A stretch of 64,000 nt of DNA from a virus: the IMG/VR virus record IMGVR_UViG_3300050821_002963, positions 1 through 64,000 of that record, one strand, 5' to 3'. Under the pieces are notes generated by a model. That model was given only the letters and a program-made list of their open reading frames with translations. It was not told the DNA's origin and ran no database searches. The position numbers were made by a program, and so were the translations under genes. Shown in pieces: positions 49,455 to 59,025 of this stretch (its first letter is position 1; each line of letters opens with the position of its first letter).

Positions 49455-52250
49455 ATGAAGGCTCTATTCACGGCTGATACTCAGGCGGACTTCGAGAACC
49501 TGGAACTCTGTCGTAGGACAGTAGAAGAGATTCTACGTCTAAGGGACCGGCACGGGTTTCAGGTTCTCGTTCATTGCGGAGATTTAAAGCACGTTTACAA
49601 TCCAATTGACACGAGAGTCATTACGTTTTGGATGCGGGCAATAGAAAAGTTCAGAGAAGCTGGGTTGCGGGTTGTAATCTGTTTGGGAAATCACGATAGG
49701 GTGGGAATGCATGTCGATAAACAAAACTGGTTTCCAGTTCTTAGACGGGCAGGGGCTGATTGCTTTGATGACCCCCATCTTTTGGAATTGGGAGAGGGGG
49801 GTAGACTTGCAATTCTCCCTTACAGAAGAGATTCAGTCTTGCTTAGAAGGGAGGCATCTGACCTTGCAAAACTTGCCAAAGCTGGTAACACGGTGCTCGT
49901 CTTTCACGGCGACATTAAATCAGGACGCTATAACGTCCTATCAAGAAGTGAATCGGAGTTGGTGGCTAGTGATTTATGTCCAGAAAAGTACGTGTACTGT
50001 ATCGGTGGTCACGTACACTTCCAACAAAAAATTGTGGGAAACGTTTTCTACGTGGGTTCTCCCTTTGCAACGGATTGGGGAGAGGCCAATCAACATAAGG
50101 GATATCTCCTATACGATTTCGAACTGAAGAAGTTGAGTCGGGTTAGATCAGAGATTCCTGGTTGGTACGACCCTAGTTGGCCAGGTTTTATGGAATCGAA
50201 ACCAAAGAGTTGGAAAGGGACGCATGTTAGAATCAAAGTCAAGTGTGATGGGATACAGAACGTCAGAGAGAAACTTGCAGCAGCAGAACGTGAAGCGAGT
50301 GTTAAGTATGCTGGTGCAAAGCTTTTCGTCATTCCAGAGTTCACTAACGGAAGCCACGAAGGCCTTGGAAGAATTAAAGCGAGTTTTCCCGACGAAAAGA
50401 AAATACAAGTCTACCTGCAAGAGACGCTCCCAACTGAACTGAAGAAACACGAACAAAGAATAAAGACCTATTTACTTTCCAAGTTGGCTGCGGTTGGTGG
50501 GTTGCAGAGAGAACAGGGAGAGTTGCATTTTTGTTCTTGGAAGGCCAAGAACTTCCTCAGCTACAAGGAGTTGGAGTTCAGAATAGAAGATGGATTGTAC
50601 GTAGTTTCCGGTAAGAACATGGATTGGAAGAACAAATCCAATGGTTCCGGCAAGACAAGTTTTCTCCAGCCCTTGGCGGTAGCTGCTTTTGGTCAGACAT
50701 TCAAAGACCAGAAACATGATGGTTGGATGAGAAGCGGTACGGGTAAGACGGATGAGTCTTGGGTGAAGTTGTGGTTCTTGGACTCAGAGGGACGCGGGTG
50801 TCAGATATGGCGTGGAAGGCAGCCAAAGATTCTGCGGTTGAAAGTGAACAAGGAAATTATAGAAAGCGGCAACAGACCGGAATCCACACAGAAGCTGATT
50901 GAGCAGAGGATGGGATATACTTGGGAGACACTTTCCAACGCTATCTACGTAGACCAGTCGGCTTCGCATCTCATGTTGACGGGAACGGAAGCACAGAGGA
51001 AAGGATTCTTGGCTAAGCTCCAGAATCTGGAAAGATTCGAGCGGGCGGAGAAGCTCATCAAAGAAGAGAAAAACGATTTAGAGGCTCGATATAATGCGTT
51101 GGACTACGAGCTACAGAGGGTTTTGGGGGAAGAAAAGGAGCTCTACCGTACTATCACCGATGCCAAAGCGGTTCTGGGTGTAAACGCGTCTAAAGCCGAT
51201 TTACTCGCCTCTGCAAAAGAGTCGTATTTGACTAAGAAGGCTGAGCTGGATGATTGGGAAGCAAAAGCGGTAAAGAAGACAGAAGAACAGGATTCGAGGC
51301 TGACAAGACTGAGAGAGATTGAGAAGGATTACGAGGTTAAGTTAGCAAAGGTCCAGCTTAGAAGAAGCGATTTGGCGACACGCTTGGAGAGCTTAAAGAA
51401 CCTTAGTGGGGAGTGTCCGACCTGCCTACAAGACGTACCAGCTTATTTAGTGGCTGAAAGTTTGTTAGAGGTCAAACTAGCAATTAAGAATTTGGACGAG
51501 CAGCTAGCTAGCTGGGCTACTTTTCCTCAGCAGGTGGATAAGAAGTTTGCTGAAATAAACAAAGAGGCTGGCAAGTGGGTCAGGAATCAAAAGCTGGCAG
51601 CGATGGTTTCGGATTTGAGAGATGTCTGGCAGGAGTTGAAAGCGGAAGCAAAGGCTCAAGAACAGCAGGTGGAGTTGATTGAGAGGTTGAAGAAGCGTCG
51701 TGAGAAGATGATTAATCATATCTGTGGGTTGGAAGATAAGAAGAAGAAATTCGACAAATGGTTCACGGTAGTCAAGTATGCACAGACAGTTTTCCAAAGA
51801 GATGGATTGCCAGCTTATCTCAATGCTCATGTCTGCCCAGAGTTGAATCAGTCAGCGGCAGAATACTCAGAACTGTTTGCTCAGGGTGAGATTCAAGTTA
51901 GGTTTGAGGTGGACCAGGAAGGTAGCATGGACGTTGTGGTGGTCAATGCCCATGGCGGAGACAAGATAGAGGACCAGTCGGAAGGAGAGAAGAAGCTGGC
52001 TTCTCTGATTACTTCCTTCGCAGTACGGTCGATAGCACCGAAGACGAACCTATTGATATTGGATGAGCCGGGAGATGGACTGGACGCTATCTCGGCCAAG
52101 GCCTTTGCCAAAGGATTGCGAGAAGTGGCTGGTAGATTCTGTACAATAATAGTGGTATCTCATAACGAGCACATCCTTTCGGTCTTGTCAGGAGAGCAGC
52201 AAGTTTCCATTATTAAGGAAAACAAAGTGAGTAGGGTGGTGTCAACATGA
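49455..52250 (+). CDS. Fused SbcD/Mre11 nuclease and SbcC/Rad50 ATPase
   Basis: AD.Q, GDL, GNHD, GHVH, YVGSP; then NFLSY, NGSGKTS, CPTC hook, SEGEK, LILDEP, VSH in one ORF. Confidence 0.92.
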   Translation: MKALFTADTQADFENLELCRRTVEEILRLRDRHGFQVLVHCGDLKHVYNPIDTRVITFWMRAIEKFREAGLRVVICLGNHDRVGMHVDKQNWFPVLRRAGADCFDDPHLLELGEGGRLAILPYRRDSVLLRREASDLAKLAKAGNTVLVFHGDIKSGRYNVLSRSESELVASDLCPEKYVYCIGGHVHFQQKIVGNVFYVGSPFATDWGEANQHKGYLLYDFELKKLSRVRSEIPGWYDPSWPGFMESKPKSWKGTHVRIKVKCDGIQNVREKLAAAEREASVKYAGAKLFVIPEFTNGSHEGLGRIKASFPDEKKIQVYLQETLPTELKKHEQRIKTYLLSKLAAVGGLQREQGELHFCSWKAKNFLSYKELEFRIEDGLYVVSGKNMDWKNKSNGSGKTSFLQPLAVAAFGQTFKDQKHDGWMRSGTGKTDESWVKLWFLDSEGRGCQIWRGRQPKILRLKVNKEIIESGNRPESTQKLIEQRMGYTWETLSNAIYVDQSASHLMLTGTEAQRKGFLAKLQNLERFERAEKLIKEEKNDLEARYNALDYELQRVLGEEKELYRTITDAKAVLGVNASKADLLASAKESYLTKKAELDDWEAKAVKKTEEQDSRLTRLREIEKDYEVKLAKVQLRRSDLATRLESLKNLSGECPTCLQDVPAYLVAESLLEVKLAIKNLDEQLASWATFPQQVDKKFAEINKEAGKWVRNQKLAAMVSDLRDVWQELKAEAKAQEQQVELIERLKKRREKMINHICGLEDKKKKFDKWFTVVKYAQTVFQRDGLPAYLNAHVCPELNQSAAEYSELFAQGEIQVRFEVDQEGSMDVVVVNAHGGDKIEDQSEGEKKLASLITSFAVRSIAPKTNLLILDEPGDGLDAISAKAFAKGLREVAGRFCTIIVVSHNEHILSVLSGEQQVSIIKENKVSRVVST

Positions 52251-52678
52251 AAAAGGAAATCAACGACTTCTCTGGAGAGAACAAGTTTCTCTCCAATTTC
52301 TATCTGCATCCGCTGGCCTACGATGGCCTGATCTACCCAGCAGTAGAGAATGCTTTTCAGGCGCAGAAGACAATGGATGCAGATATCAGACTAACTTTTC
52401 GCGGCATGAAACCGGAAAGGGCAAAGCAACGTGGTCGTCAGTTGGACCTAAGACCAGATTGGGAGTTTCTAAAAGACGACTTGATGCTGGAACTCCTGCA
52501 AATCAAATTCAGGGATGGAGAGTTGGCTAGAAAACTCTTGGCTACTGGTAATGCCAATTTGGTAGAAGGAAATTGGTGGGGAGACGAATATTGGGGAAGA
52601 TGTAACGGCAAAGGCTTGAACAAGCTGGGCGTTTTGCTCATGCAAGTTCGGAGTGCACTAAATCAAAAAGGAGAATGA
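52247..52678 (+). CDS. NADAR (YbiA-like) family protein
   Basis: FLSNFY, ENAFQAQK, RPDW, KF...LLATG..LVEGN.WGD.YWG...G.NKLG.LLM. Confidence 0.92.
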   Translation: MKKEINDFSGENKFLSNFYLHPLAYDGLIYPAVENAFQAQKTMDADIRLTFRGMKPERAKQRGRQLDLRPDWEFLKDDLMLELLQIKFRDGELARKLLATGNANLVEGNWWGDEYWGRCNGKGLNKLGVLLMQVRSALNQKGE

Positions 52679-52681
52679 ACT

Positions 52682-53605
52682 ATGGGCGGTGGAAGATGGG
52701 ATACAGGAAGTTACACCAGGTCAGCTTCGGCTAGGGCTGCCTGTGGTAAAAAAGACTTCGAGTATACGGAGTCGGAGGAAGCCAAGACAAAGGTCCACAG
52801 TAATTTGGACCCAAGACGAATCAACAAGAAACCATTCCAGAAATTGGAAAGTCGGGACAGCGATGAGCATCCGAATTCAAATGCTATCTTTATGTCCTTC
52901 GATGTGACCGGTTCAAATCTGCAAAATGCTCAGGTGGCTCAGAAGAAGCTGCCAAACCTGATGGAGATGCTGATCAGATACATCGACGACCCGCAAGTGT
53001 TGATTGCAGCTAACGACGACGATGAATATGTTGGAGAGAGGGCTCTCCAGATTTCGGACTTCGAGTCGGATAACAGAGTGGATGAGCATTTGAGAAATAT
53101 CATTCTGTTGGGCCAGGGCGGTGGCAACGATCACGAGTCCTACGACTTGGTTCTGTATGCGGCTGCTTACAGGACGGAGATAGACTGCTTCGAGAAGCGA
53201 GGAAAGAAGGGCTATTTCTTCATGTACGCGGACGAACCAGTCCCAACACATTTGGAAGCCTCCGCTGTGAAGATGGCTTTCGGTGGACAGGCGGATGAAG
53301 GTCGGGTGGCAATTACTAAGGTGATTGCAGACCTGAAGAAGATGTATAACGTGTTCATCATTTGGCCACAGAATGGCTACAAGCATGCTCGGAAGCAATA
53401 CGAGACTCTGTTTGGCAAAGAGTGCGTGGTTACTCTCCAGCATCCGAATCTCATCTGTGAACTGGTTGGTTCATTGGTGGGAATAATGGAAGAGAAAATA
53501 TCTGAGAAGGATGTAGTCCATGAGCTAGTAAAGTTCTGGGCTACTCCAGCGGCGGCTGCAGAAGTAAAGACGGCGGTCCATGGTTACTTGGTAGCGAGAG
53601 GCTAA
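52682..53605 (+). CDS. vWA-domain protein
   Basis: MIDAS-like FDVTGS, GGGNDHESY, FMYADE. Confidence 0.8.
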   Translation: MGGGRWDTGSYTRSASARAACGKKDFEYTESEEAKTKVHSNLDPRRINKKPFQKLESRDSDEHPNSNAIFMSFDVTGSNLQNAQVAQKKLPNLMEMLIRYIDDPQVLIAANDDDEYVGERALQISDFESDNRVDEHLRNIILLGQGGGNDHESYDLVLYAAAYRTEIDCFEKRGKKGYFFMYADEPVPTHLEASAVKMAFGGQADEGRVAITKVIADLKKMYNVFIIWPQNGYKHARKQYETLFGKECVVTLQHPNLICELVGSLVGIMEEKISEKDVVHELVKFWATPAAAAEVKTAVHGYLVARG

Positions 53606-53606
53606 G

Positions 53607-54845
53607 ATGGACAAGGCATTTGCTGTTGTTGGCTTGTGTTATGGGGATGAGGGGAAGGGTTCCATTGTCGATTACCTGACGTGGAAGCATAACCAACAGC
53701 ACTCTGCCTTGGTAGTGAGATTCAATGGTGGCGCTCAGACAGCGCATAACGTGGTTCTCCCCGATGGGCGCCATCATACTTTTTCCCAATTCGGTAGTGG
53801 TTCACTACAAGGTGCGGCCACATTATTGACAAAGCATGTGATTGTAAATCCACGGGCGATGATTCGGGAGTGGATGGAGTTGAAAGACAAGATTGGACCA
53901 GATGCTTATCCTATGCCGTACGTGGATATGGGCTGTCTTCTTACGACACATTTCCAGATAGCTTTGAACAGGGTGCAGATAAGAGTGGCTGGTGGCCATA
54001 ATAGTTGTGGTATGGGTATTGGACAGACGCGTCAGGACAATTTGGAATATGGAGATAAGGTTTTGTTCGTGAACGATTTGTTTACGGAGGAGCGGACAAA
54101 GAAGAAGCTGAGGTTTCTGCAGGAAGCGTGTAGAGGAGAAGCTCTGGCGAGATTGAACAGTGGGACAGTCCCAGAAGAGTTTTCGGTTTTGGATGTTGAT
54201 GACGATGAGCTGAATGAGATGGTCTGGATGTTGAGGAAATGGTTTCGCCATCAAATTTATCCTGTTAGAGACGGGATGATTAAGAAGCTATTGGACCAGA
54301 CAAGTTTGGTCATCTTCGAGGGAGCTCAGGGGCTGATGCTGGATGAGACTTATGGAGAGACTGGATACAATACCTGGACAAATACTACGCTTGAGAATAT
54401 GTATAATGTCTTTAGAAATTGCGGCTACCCGGATAACGGCGGAATTAGAATAGGTGTGATGCGGTCTTACATGACGAGACATGGAGATGGCCCTTTGTTC
54501 GGTGAGAAAAATTGGACCTTTGAAGAGCCCTACAATCCTGATTGGGGCTTTGCTGGGAAGTTTAGACATGGGGTGCTTGACCTACAAAAGATTTTGGCCT
54601 TCCTAAAGATATGTCCAGTGGATGGTTTGGCAGTGAATCACTTGGACCATACGTACGAAGCTCATCCAGTTCGGTTGGTGGATGGAGAAGTGACTTGCGT
54701 CTCAAAGATGGATTTTATTGACGTTATAGAAAGAGAGCTTGGTTTGCCGGTAGTGATAGTCGGAGTTGGTTCTACGTACAAAGATAAGAGTGACGGGTTT
54801 CACAAGTTGACAAGGAAAAAAGGAGAGATGTTATGCGAAAAGTAA
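53607..54845 (+). CDS. Divergent adenylosuccinate synthetase (PurA)-like protein
   Basis: GDEGKG, RFNGG.Q.AH, FEGAQG..LD, Y.TRHG.GP; substrate loops altered. Confidence 0.88.
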   Translation: MDKAFAVVGLCYGDEGKGSIVDYLTWKHNQQHSALVVRFNGGAQTAHNVVLPDGRHHTFSQFGSGSLQGAATLLTKHVIVNPRAMIREWMELKDKIGPDAYPMPYVDMGCLLTTHFQIALNRVQIRVAGGHNSCGMGIGQTRQDNLEYGDKVLFVNDLFTEERTKKKLRFLQEACRGEALARLNSGTVPEEFSVLDVDDDELNEMVWMLRKWFRHQIYPVRDGMIKKLLDQTSLVIFEGAQGLMLDETYGETGYNTWTNTTLENMYNVFRNCGYPDNGGIRIGVMRSYMTRHGDGPLFGEKNWTFEEPYNPDWGFAGKFRHGVLDLQKILAFLKICPVDGLAVNHLDHTYEAHPVRLVDGEVTCVSKMDFIDVIERELGLPVVIVGVGSTYKDKSDGFHKLTRKKGEMLCEK

Positions 54846-56065
54846 TTTTCGGGCTGATAACGTTGCTGCTCTACTTTGCAGCATCGGCTTTGGGACAGGA
54901 TTGCGACAAGGTGGTGGCGGATTACAATGGGGCTTTGCACGGCAGAGATGCTCAGGTGGAACAAGCTGCTCAGGCTTTGATAAATGAGGGAGCAGACGTT
55001 CGTATTCGGGTAGTTGGCATCACGGCAAATCTGGATATGGACGAGAAACAGTTTCAGAAGAGCTGTCCTTCCTGGCAGTCAACGGATGGTGGGATGAAGA
55101 ACACCATGATTGTCTTGATGGCTTCTCCAGTTAGCCGGAAGATGGGAATGTACTATGGCAGTAATTGGCATAATGCTTTGGACCAACATTGGGTTAGGAT
55201 TAAGCAAGAGAGTATGGCCCCAAGATTCAGAGATGGAGACTTCGCTGACGGATTCATAGCGGCTGAGAATCAGCTTGCAGCTCGGTTGAAAGAATCAAAG
55301 AGCGAGGCCTTGCATCCTAATCAGACGGTGAATCAAGCTACAGACTTGAGTGGGCTGTGGACAGTCATGAAATGGGGACTTGGAGTTGCAGGGTTGTCAG
55401 CTCTAGTTGTTTTCCTATTTTGGTTTTTTGGTCGGAAGAGAAGAGAGGAAGAAGCTATCAGCCAAGCTCAACAATCAGGAGCAATGTATAAGGCGCGTGT
55501 CAGTGCACTGATTAACGATGCAAGGGACAACAAAGAACAATGGGTTGATAACTGGACGGAAAGATTCTCCGAGATGAGTCAATCGGAGAAACTAAACCCA
55601 GATACGCCCGGACTGTCCAAGGCTGAATACGAAACCATTGCTGAGCAGTGGAAGGATTTCTACGAAGCAGTTTACAATCTCCGGCTTGGAAGTAGTATGG
55701 CGTCGGCAGATAGAGAGACTTCCTCATTTCCACCCAAAGTTAAAAAGCAACACAGCAAACACGTGGCTACGGAAAGAGAAGCGGCAGCTTCAATAGGTGC
55801 AGCTTCGTCTGTGGCTTCCGGTAATTCTATATTTGCTCCTGTGATTATCAACGAGTCGACATACGGAGAGAGGCACGAAGAGGAAAGACATTCTCGTAGA
55901 AGGGACGATGATGACGAAGGGAGCTCAAGCAGTTCTTCTAGTAGTAGCTCAAGTAGCAGTGATTCTGGCGGCTCTTCGGACTTTGGCTCCAGCGACTCAG
56001 GTAGCGGTGGTAGCAGCGATTTTGGTAGCAGTGATTCTGGTAGTGGTGGTAGTTCAGATTTCTAA
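54833..56065 (+). CDS. TPM-domain membrane protein with Ser/Gly-rich tail
   Basis: Signal peptide, M.PRFRDGDFADG, TM helix, tail ending GGSSDF. Confidence 0.75.
   Translation: MRKVIFGLITLLLYFAASALGQDCDKVVADYNGALHGRDAQVEQAAQALINEGADVRIRVVGITANLDMDEKQFQKSCPSWQSTDGGMKNTMIVLMASPVSRKMGMYYGSNWHNALDQHWVRIKQESMAPRFRDGDFADGFIAAENQLAARLKESKSEALHPNQTVNQATDLSGLWTVMKWGLGVAGLSALVVFLFWFFGRKRREEEAISQAQQSGAMYKARVSALINDARDNKEQWVDNWTERFSEMSQSEKLNPDTPGLSKAEYETIAEQWKDFYEAVYNLRLGSSMASADRETSSFPPKVKKQHSKHVATEREAAASIGAASSVASGNSIFAPVIINESTYGERHEEERHSRRRDDDDEGSSSSSSSSSSSSSDSGGSSDFGSSDSGSGGSSDFGSSDSGSGGSSDF
55920..56062 (+). repeat. Poly-Ser and triple DSG(S)GGSSDF peptide repeat
   Basis: Repeated at protein level with varied codons. 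Confidence 0.8.
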
Positions 56066-56082
56066 ATTAAGGGAGAAATAAA

Positions 56083-56769
56083 ATGACTACGTTAATGCAA
56101 AAGCTAAGAGTGGTAACGCTGGGTGCGGCACATGATCTACTGGACAAGGCCATCGACCTGGACTCGCCATCAGCAATTAGGCAATATGTGCGAGACTTGG
56201 AAGAGGCTTTGGATAGGATGCGGAATGAGGCGGCCGTGCAAGCGGGTGGTATCAGGACTCTGGAAAGAGAGATTGGAGACCTACAGTCAAAGATCGAGAC
56301 TGGCAAGCAGACAATCATCAAGCTGAGAGAGGGAGGCCATGATGACTTGGCCAGACCAAAGGCGGCTATGGTGGTCACGCAGCAGAGGACACTAGAGTCG
56401 GACCAGAACAATCTGACAGGGATGAAAAATGGTTTGGCGAGTCTGGATGCTGCTATCACTCAGGTGGACTCAAAGCATCAGGACATGGTGGCTCGGGTTC
56501 GTGAATTGGAGAGAATGGACCGGGACACCAAAGCCAAGGAACAGACGGCTTCTGCACTCCATGCTGCTGGAAGATTAGTTTCCGGTGGGGCTGATATGAG
56601 CGTGGACGACGTCCAAAAGCGGATGCAAGAGCGCAATGACGTCGCTACAGAGAAGTTCAACAGGGCTATGGGCTCTGTACAGACCACGGAAGATCCAGAC
56701 ACTACAGCAGCTGTGGATGACCTGCTAGACAGTTTGGCACCAAAAGCCAAGACAGCTTCCAATGTCTAA
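56083..56769 (+). CDS. PspA/IM30 family protein
   Basis: DLLDKA..P.AIRQYVRDLE, G.DDLAR, long coiled coil, 228 aa. Confidence 0.8.
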   Translation: MTTLMQKLRVVTLGAAHDLLDKAIDLDSPSAIRQYVRDLEEALDRMRNEAAVQAGGIRTLEREIGDLQSKIETGKQTIIKLREGGHDDLARPKAAMVVTQQRTLESDQNNLTGMKNGLASLDAAITQVDSKHQDMVARVRELERMDRDTKAKEQTASALHAAGRLVSGGADMSVDDVQKRMQERNDVATEKFNRAMGSVQTTEDPDTTAAVDDLLDSLAPKAKTASNV

Positions 56770-57088
56770 GTTGGAAGACATTCGTCGGATACCTTTACCG
56801 GAAGGTGCCGAGCGAGTAGAGACTGGGCCAATCAGATTCGGGGACGATTGGCCCGGTACATTCATTCGTGGCGACGACAGTTTCTTCCATCGCTATAATG
56901 TCGCCAGGGCAATCGAGTGGTTGAAAGCCAAAGAACATACGGATTCAAGCATGGACCTGTTTCTAGCCAGGAAAGGCTTGGAAGGTTTGGCAGAGATATT
57001 GGACGCTAGTAATCTCTATGAAAAGGTGCGCGGATATAAATGGACGAACACTTCTCAAAGTACGGCTTCCAAAGAGACGAAGACCTAA
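56762..57088 (+). CDS. Hypothetical protein
   Basis: ETGP.RFGDDWPG.FIRGD motif. Confidence 0.55.
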   Translation: MSKLEDIRRIPLPEGAERVETGPIRFGDDWPGTFIRGDDSFFHRYNVARAIEWLKAKEHTDSSMDLFLARKGLEGLAEILDASNLYEKVRGYKWTNTSQSTASKETKT

Positions 57089-57825
57089 TCATGAAGTTCA
57101 TCGGCGGCTCTCAGTTGCATGGTGCAAAGCTGGAGGGTACGGATGATGAAGATTGGTACGGAGTTTATATTGAGCCGAGAGAACTGGCATTGGGCATAGA
57201 CTCGGAAGAGCATTTCGTCTTTACGACAGGTGGTCAGCGTGGCGGTAACGGTCCGGAAGATGTGGACGTTTGTCTCTACACACTGAGGAAGACAGCCAAG
57301 TTAATTGCCAAGGGTAATCCCTCAGTTCTACATTTCCTCTTTGCCAAGCCAGAGTTTCAGACGGTAGTTTGGGCAAAGTTTAATCAGAACAGAGAAGCCT
57401 TCCTGGCTAAGAATCAGGTGAACCAGTTTTTTGGGTTTGCTGAAGCTCAGCTTAGAAGATTGTACAATCAACAGGGACAAAAGAATGTGCATCGTGGTGA
57501 GCTGGAGGAAGCCCATGGTTACGATACGAAATACGCGATGCATGTGGTGCGCCTTTACGGAGAAGCTTTGGAATTTCTAAGGACGGGCGTAATCACCTTG
57601 CCCAGACCAAACAAGGATGAGTTGATTGCTATAAGACAGGGCAAGTGGAAGTTGCCGGAGTTTCAGAAGTATGCAGAGGAACTGAAAAGACAAGCTGAAG
57701 AAGAGAAAGATAAATCTCCGCTCCCGGATAGAGTGGACAGAAAGGAGATATCGAGGCTGGTTGCCCAAGCGTATGAGATGCATTGGGAGCAGGCCAAGTA
57801 CAGGAAGGTGGCAGCTATGAACTAA
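57040..57825 (+). CDS. Pol-beta-superfamily nucleotidyltransferase (YcgL/RlaP-like)
   Basis: GGSQLHG....DDED.YGVY, KGNP, YDTKYAMHVVRL, L.AIR.G. Confidence 0.85.
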   Translation: MDEHFSKYGFQRDEDLIMKFIGGSQLHGAKLEGTDDEDWYGVYIEPRELALGIDSEEHFVFTTGGQRGGNGPEDVDVCLYTLRKTAKLIAKGNPSVLHFLFAKPEFQTVVWAKFNQNREAFLAKNQVNQFFGFAEAQLRRLYNQQGQKNVHRGELEEAHGYDTKYAMHVVRLYGEALEFLRTGVITLPRPNKDELIAIRQGKWKLPEFQKYAEELKRQAEEEKDKSPLPDRVDRKEISRLVAQAYEMHWEQAKYRKVAAMN

Positions 57826-57863
57826 GGGCGAAATTAAAATACGGGAAGCATTGAGGGCAAGCC

Positions 57864-58271
57864 ATGAACGTCGTCGTGGTTGGTTCAAGAGATCGGAAGG
57901 ATTCTGAGAAGGACAAAGAGACAGTGGAAGAGTTAGTCCAGCAGCTAGTCAAGCAGCATGGCACAAGACTTCACATAGTCTCAGTTGGATGCGACAAGGG
58001 AGTTGGAAGATACGTAAGGGATTATTGCATGGCTAAAGATATCATCTTCGTAGAGAGTCGTATGAAGTTGGAAGGAAAGGCTGGGGCTATTCCAAGGTCT
58101 TTTTTCATTCAGGTGTTTCAGGCACGGAATCCTTCCTTGTTGGAGCTGGGTGATGAGTTCTTTATTTTCAAAGGCCCGTACGATAGTGGCATTGTAGAAG
58201 CACTGGCTCCGCAGGCTGTAAAGAAAGTTGGGCTGACGAGAGTCAAGACGTATGAGTGGGAGGACGTGTGA
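57864..58271 (+). CDS. SLOG (YspA-like) family protein
   Basis: VVVVGSRD, IVSVGC.KG, ARN motifs. Confidence 0.6.
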   Translation: MNVVVVGSRDRKDSEKDKETVEELVQQLVKQHGTRLHIVSVGCDKGVGRYVRDYCMAKDIIFVESRMKLEGKAGAIPRSFFIQVFQARNPSLLELGDEFFIFKGPYDSGIVEALAPQAVKKVGLTRVKTYEWEDV

Positions 58272-58711
58272 ACCGTGTTTTCGTGGACATGGACGGTGTC
58301 ATAGTTGATTTTGAGAAGAAGATGAAGGAGCTCAACTTGCCATCGGTCGACTTCAAGAGGATGGTGGGTGCTTACAGGACACTGGAACCAATGCCAGATG
58401 CTCTGGCGGGTGTAAGGAGTCTGATTGGCATGGGCTACGAAGTATGGATAGCGACGAAGCCTCCTACGGGCGTAGCCTTTGCTTATGCTGACAAAGTGGA
58501 ATGGTTGCTGGAGCATCTTCCAGAATTGAAAAGAAGAATTATCATTACCCACGACAAAGGATTGCTGGGAGATGAGGGAGACTATCTCATAGACGACAGA
58601 CCACATAAGGCGAACTGTAAAGAATTCAAAGGTAGGTTGATTGTGTTTGGTAAAGGTGTTGCGTGGCCGGAAGTCTTGACAATGTTCAGGCAGTATGGAA
58701 ACGGAACTTAA
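58268..58711 (+). CDS. HAD 5'(3')-deoxyribonucleotidase (NT5C-like)
   Basis: DMDGVIVDF, K.EWL, YLIDDRP. Confidence 0.9.
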   Translation: MNRVFVDMDGVIVDFEKKMKELNLPSVDFKRMVGAYRTLEPMPDALAGVRSLIGMGYEVWIATKPPTGVAFAYADKVEWLLEHLPELKRRIIITHDKGLLGDEGDYLIDDRPHKANCKEFKGRLIVFGKGVAWPEVLTMFRQYGNGT

Positions 58712-59025
58712 ATGCTGGGTGGTGAAGTCGATGTCACCAGAATTGCAGGCTCAGTACTGGATTTCCATTGGCGAGCCATTTGTGGACAAGGGTAAATGGA
58801 TAGCGTGGCCGGAACACAAGATGAGTGAGTTTGGAAATTGTCAGAGATGCGGATGGAGGCCAAAGAAATGACGGCAGAACAGATTAGAAGTTGGGACCTT
58901 CCAGCTTATCTAGACAGGGAAGGTAGACAGAGAAGGCAGATAGAAGTGTTGCAAGAGATAGCAGCACAGTTGGCAGAGTTCAATGAAAGATGTGCTCAGA
59001 ACTGTACGAAGATAGAGGAGAAGAA

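Noticed and set aside
53607-54845. PurZ / 2-aminoadenine genome (PurA-like gene, HD protein and PolA all present)
   Set aside because: The P-loop is GDEGKG with the catalytic Asp, not GSTGKG, and the gene is linked to vWA/NADAR rather than to the HD gene or polymerase
55920-56062. Ser/Gly repeat as a DNA repeat element
   Set aside because: Conserved only at peptide level and typical of TPM-protein tails
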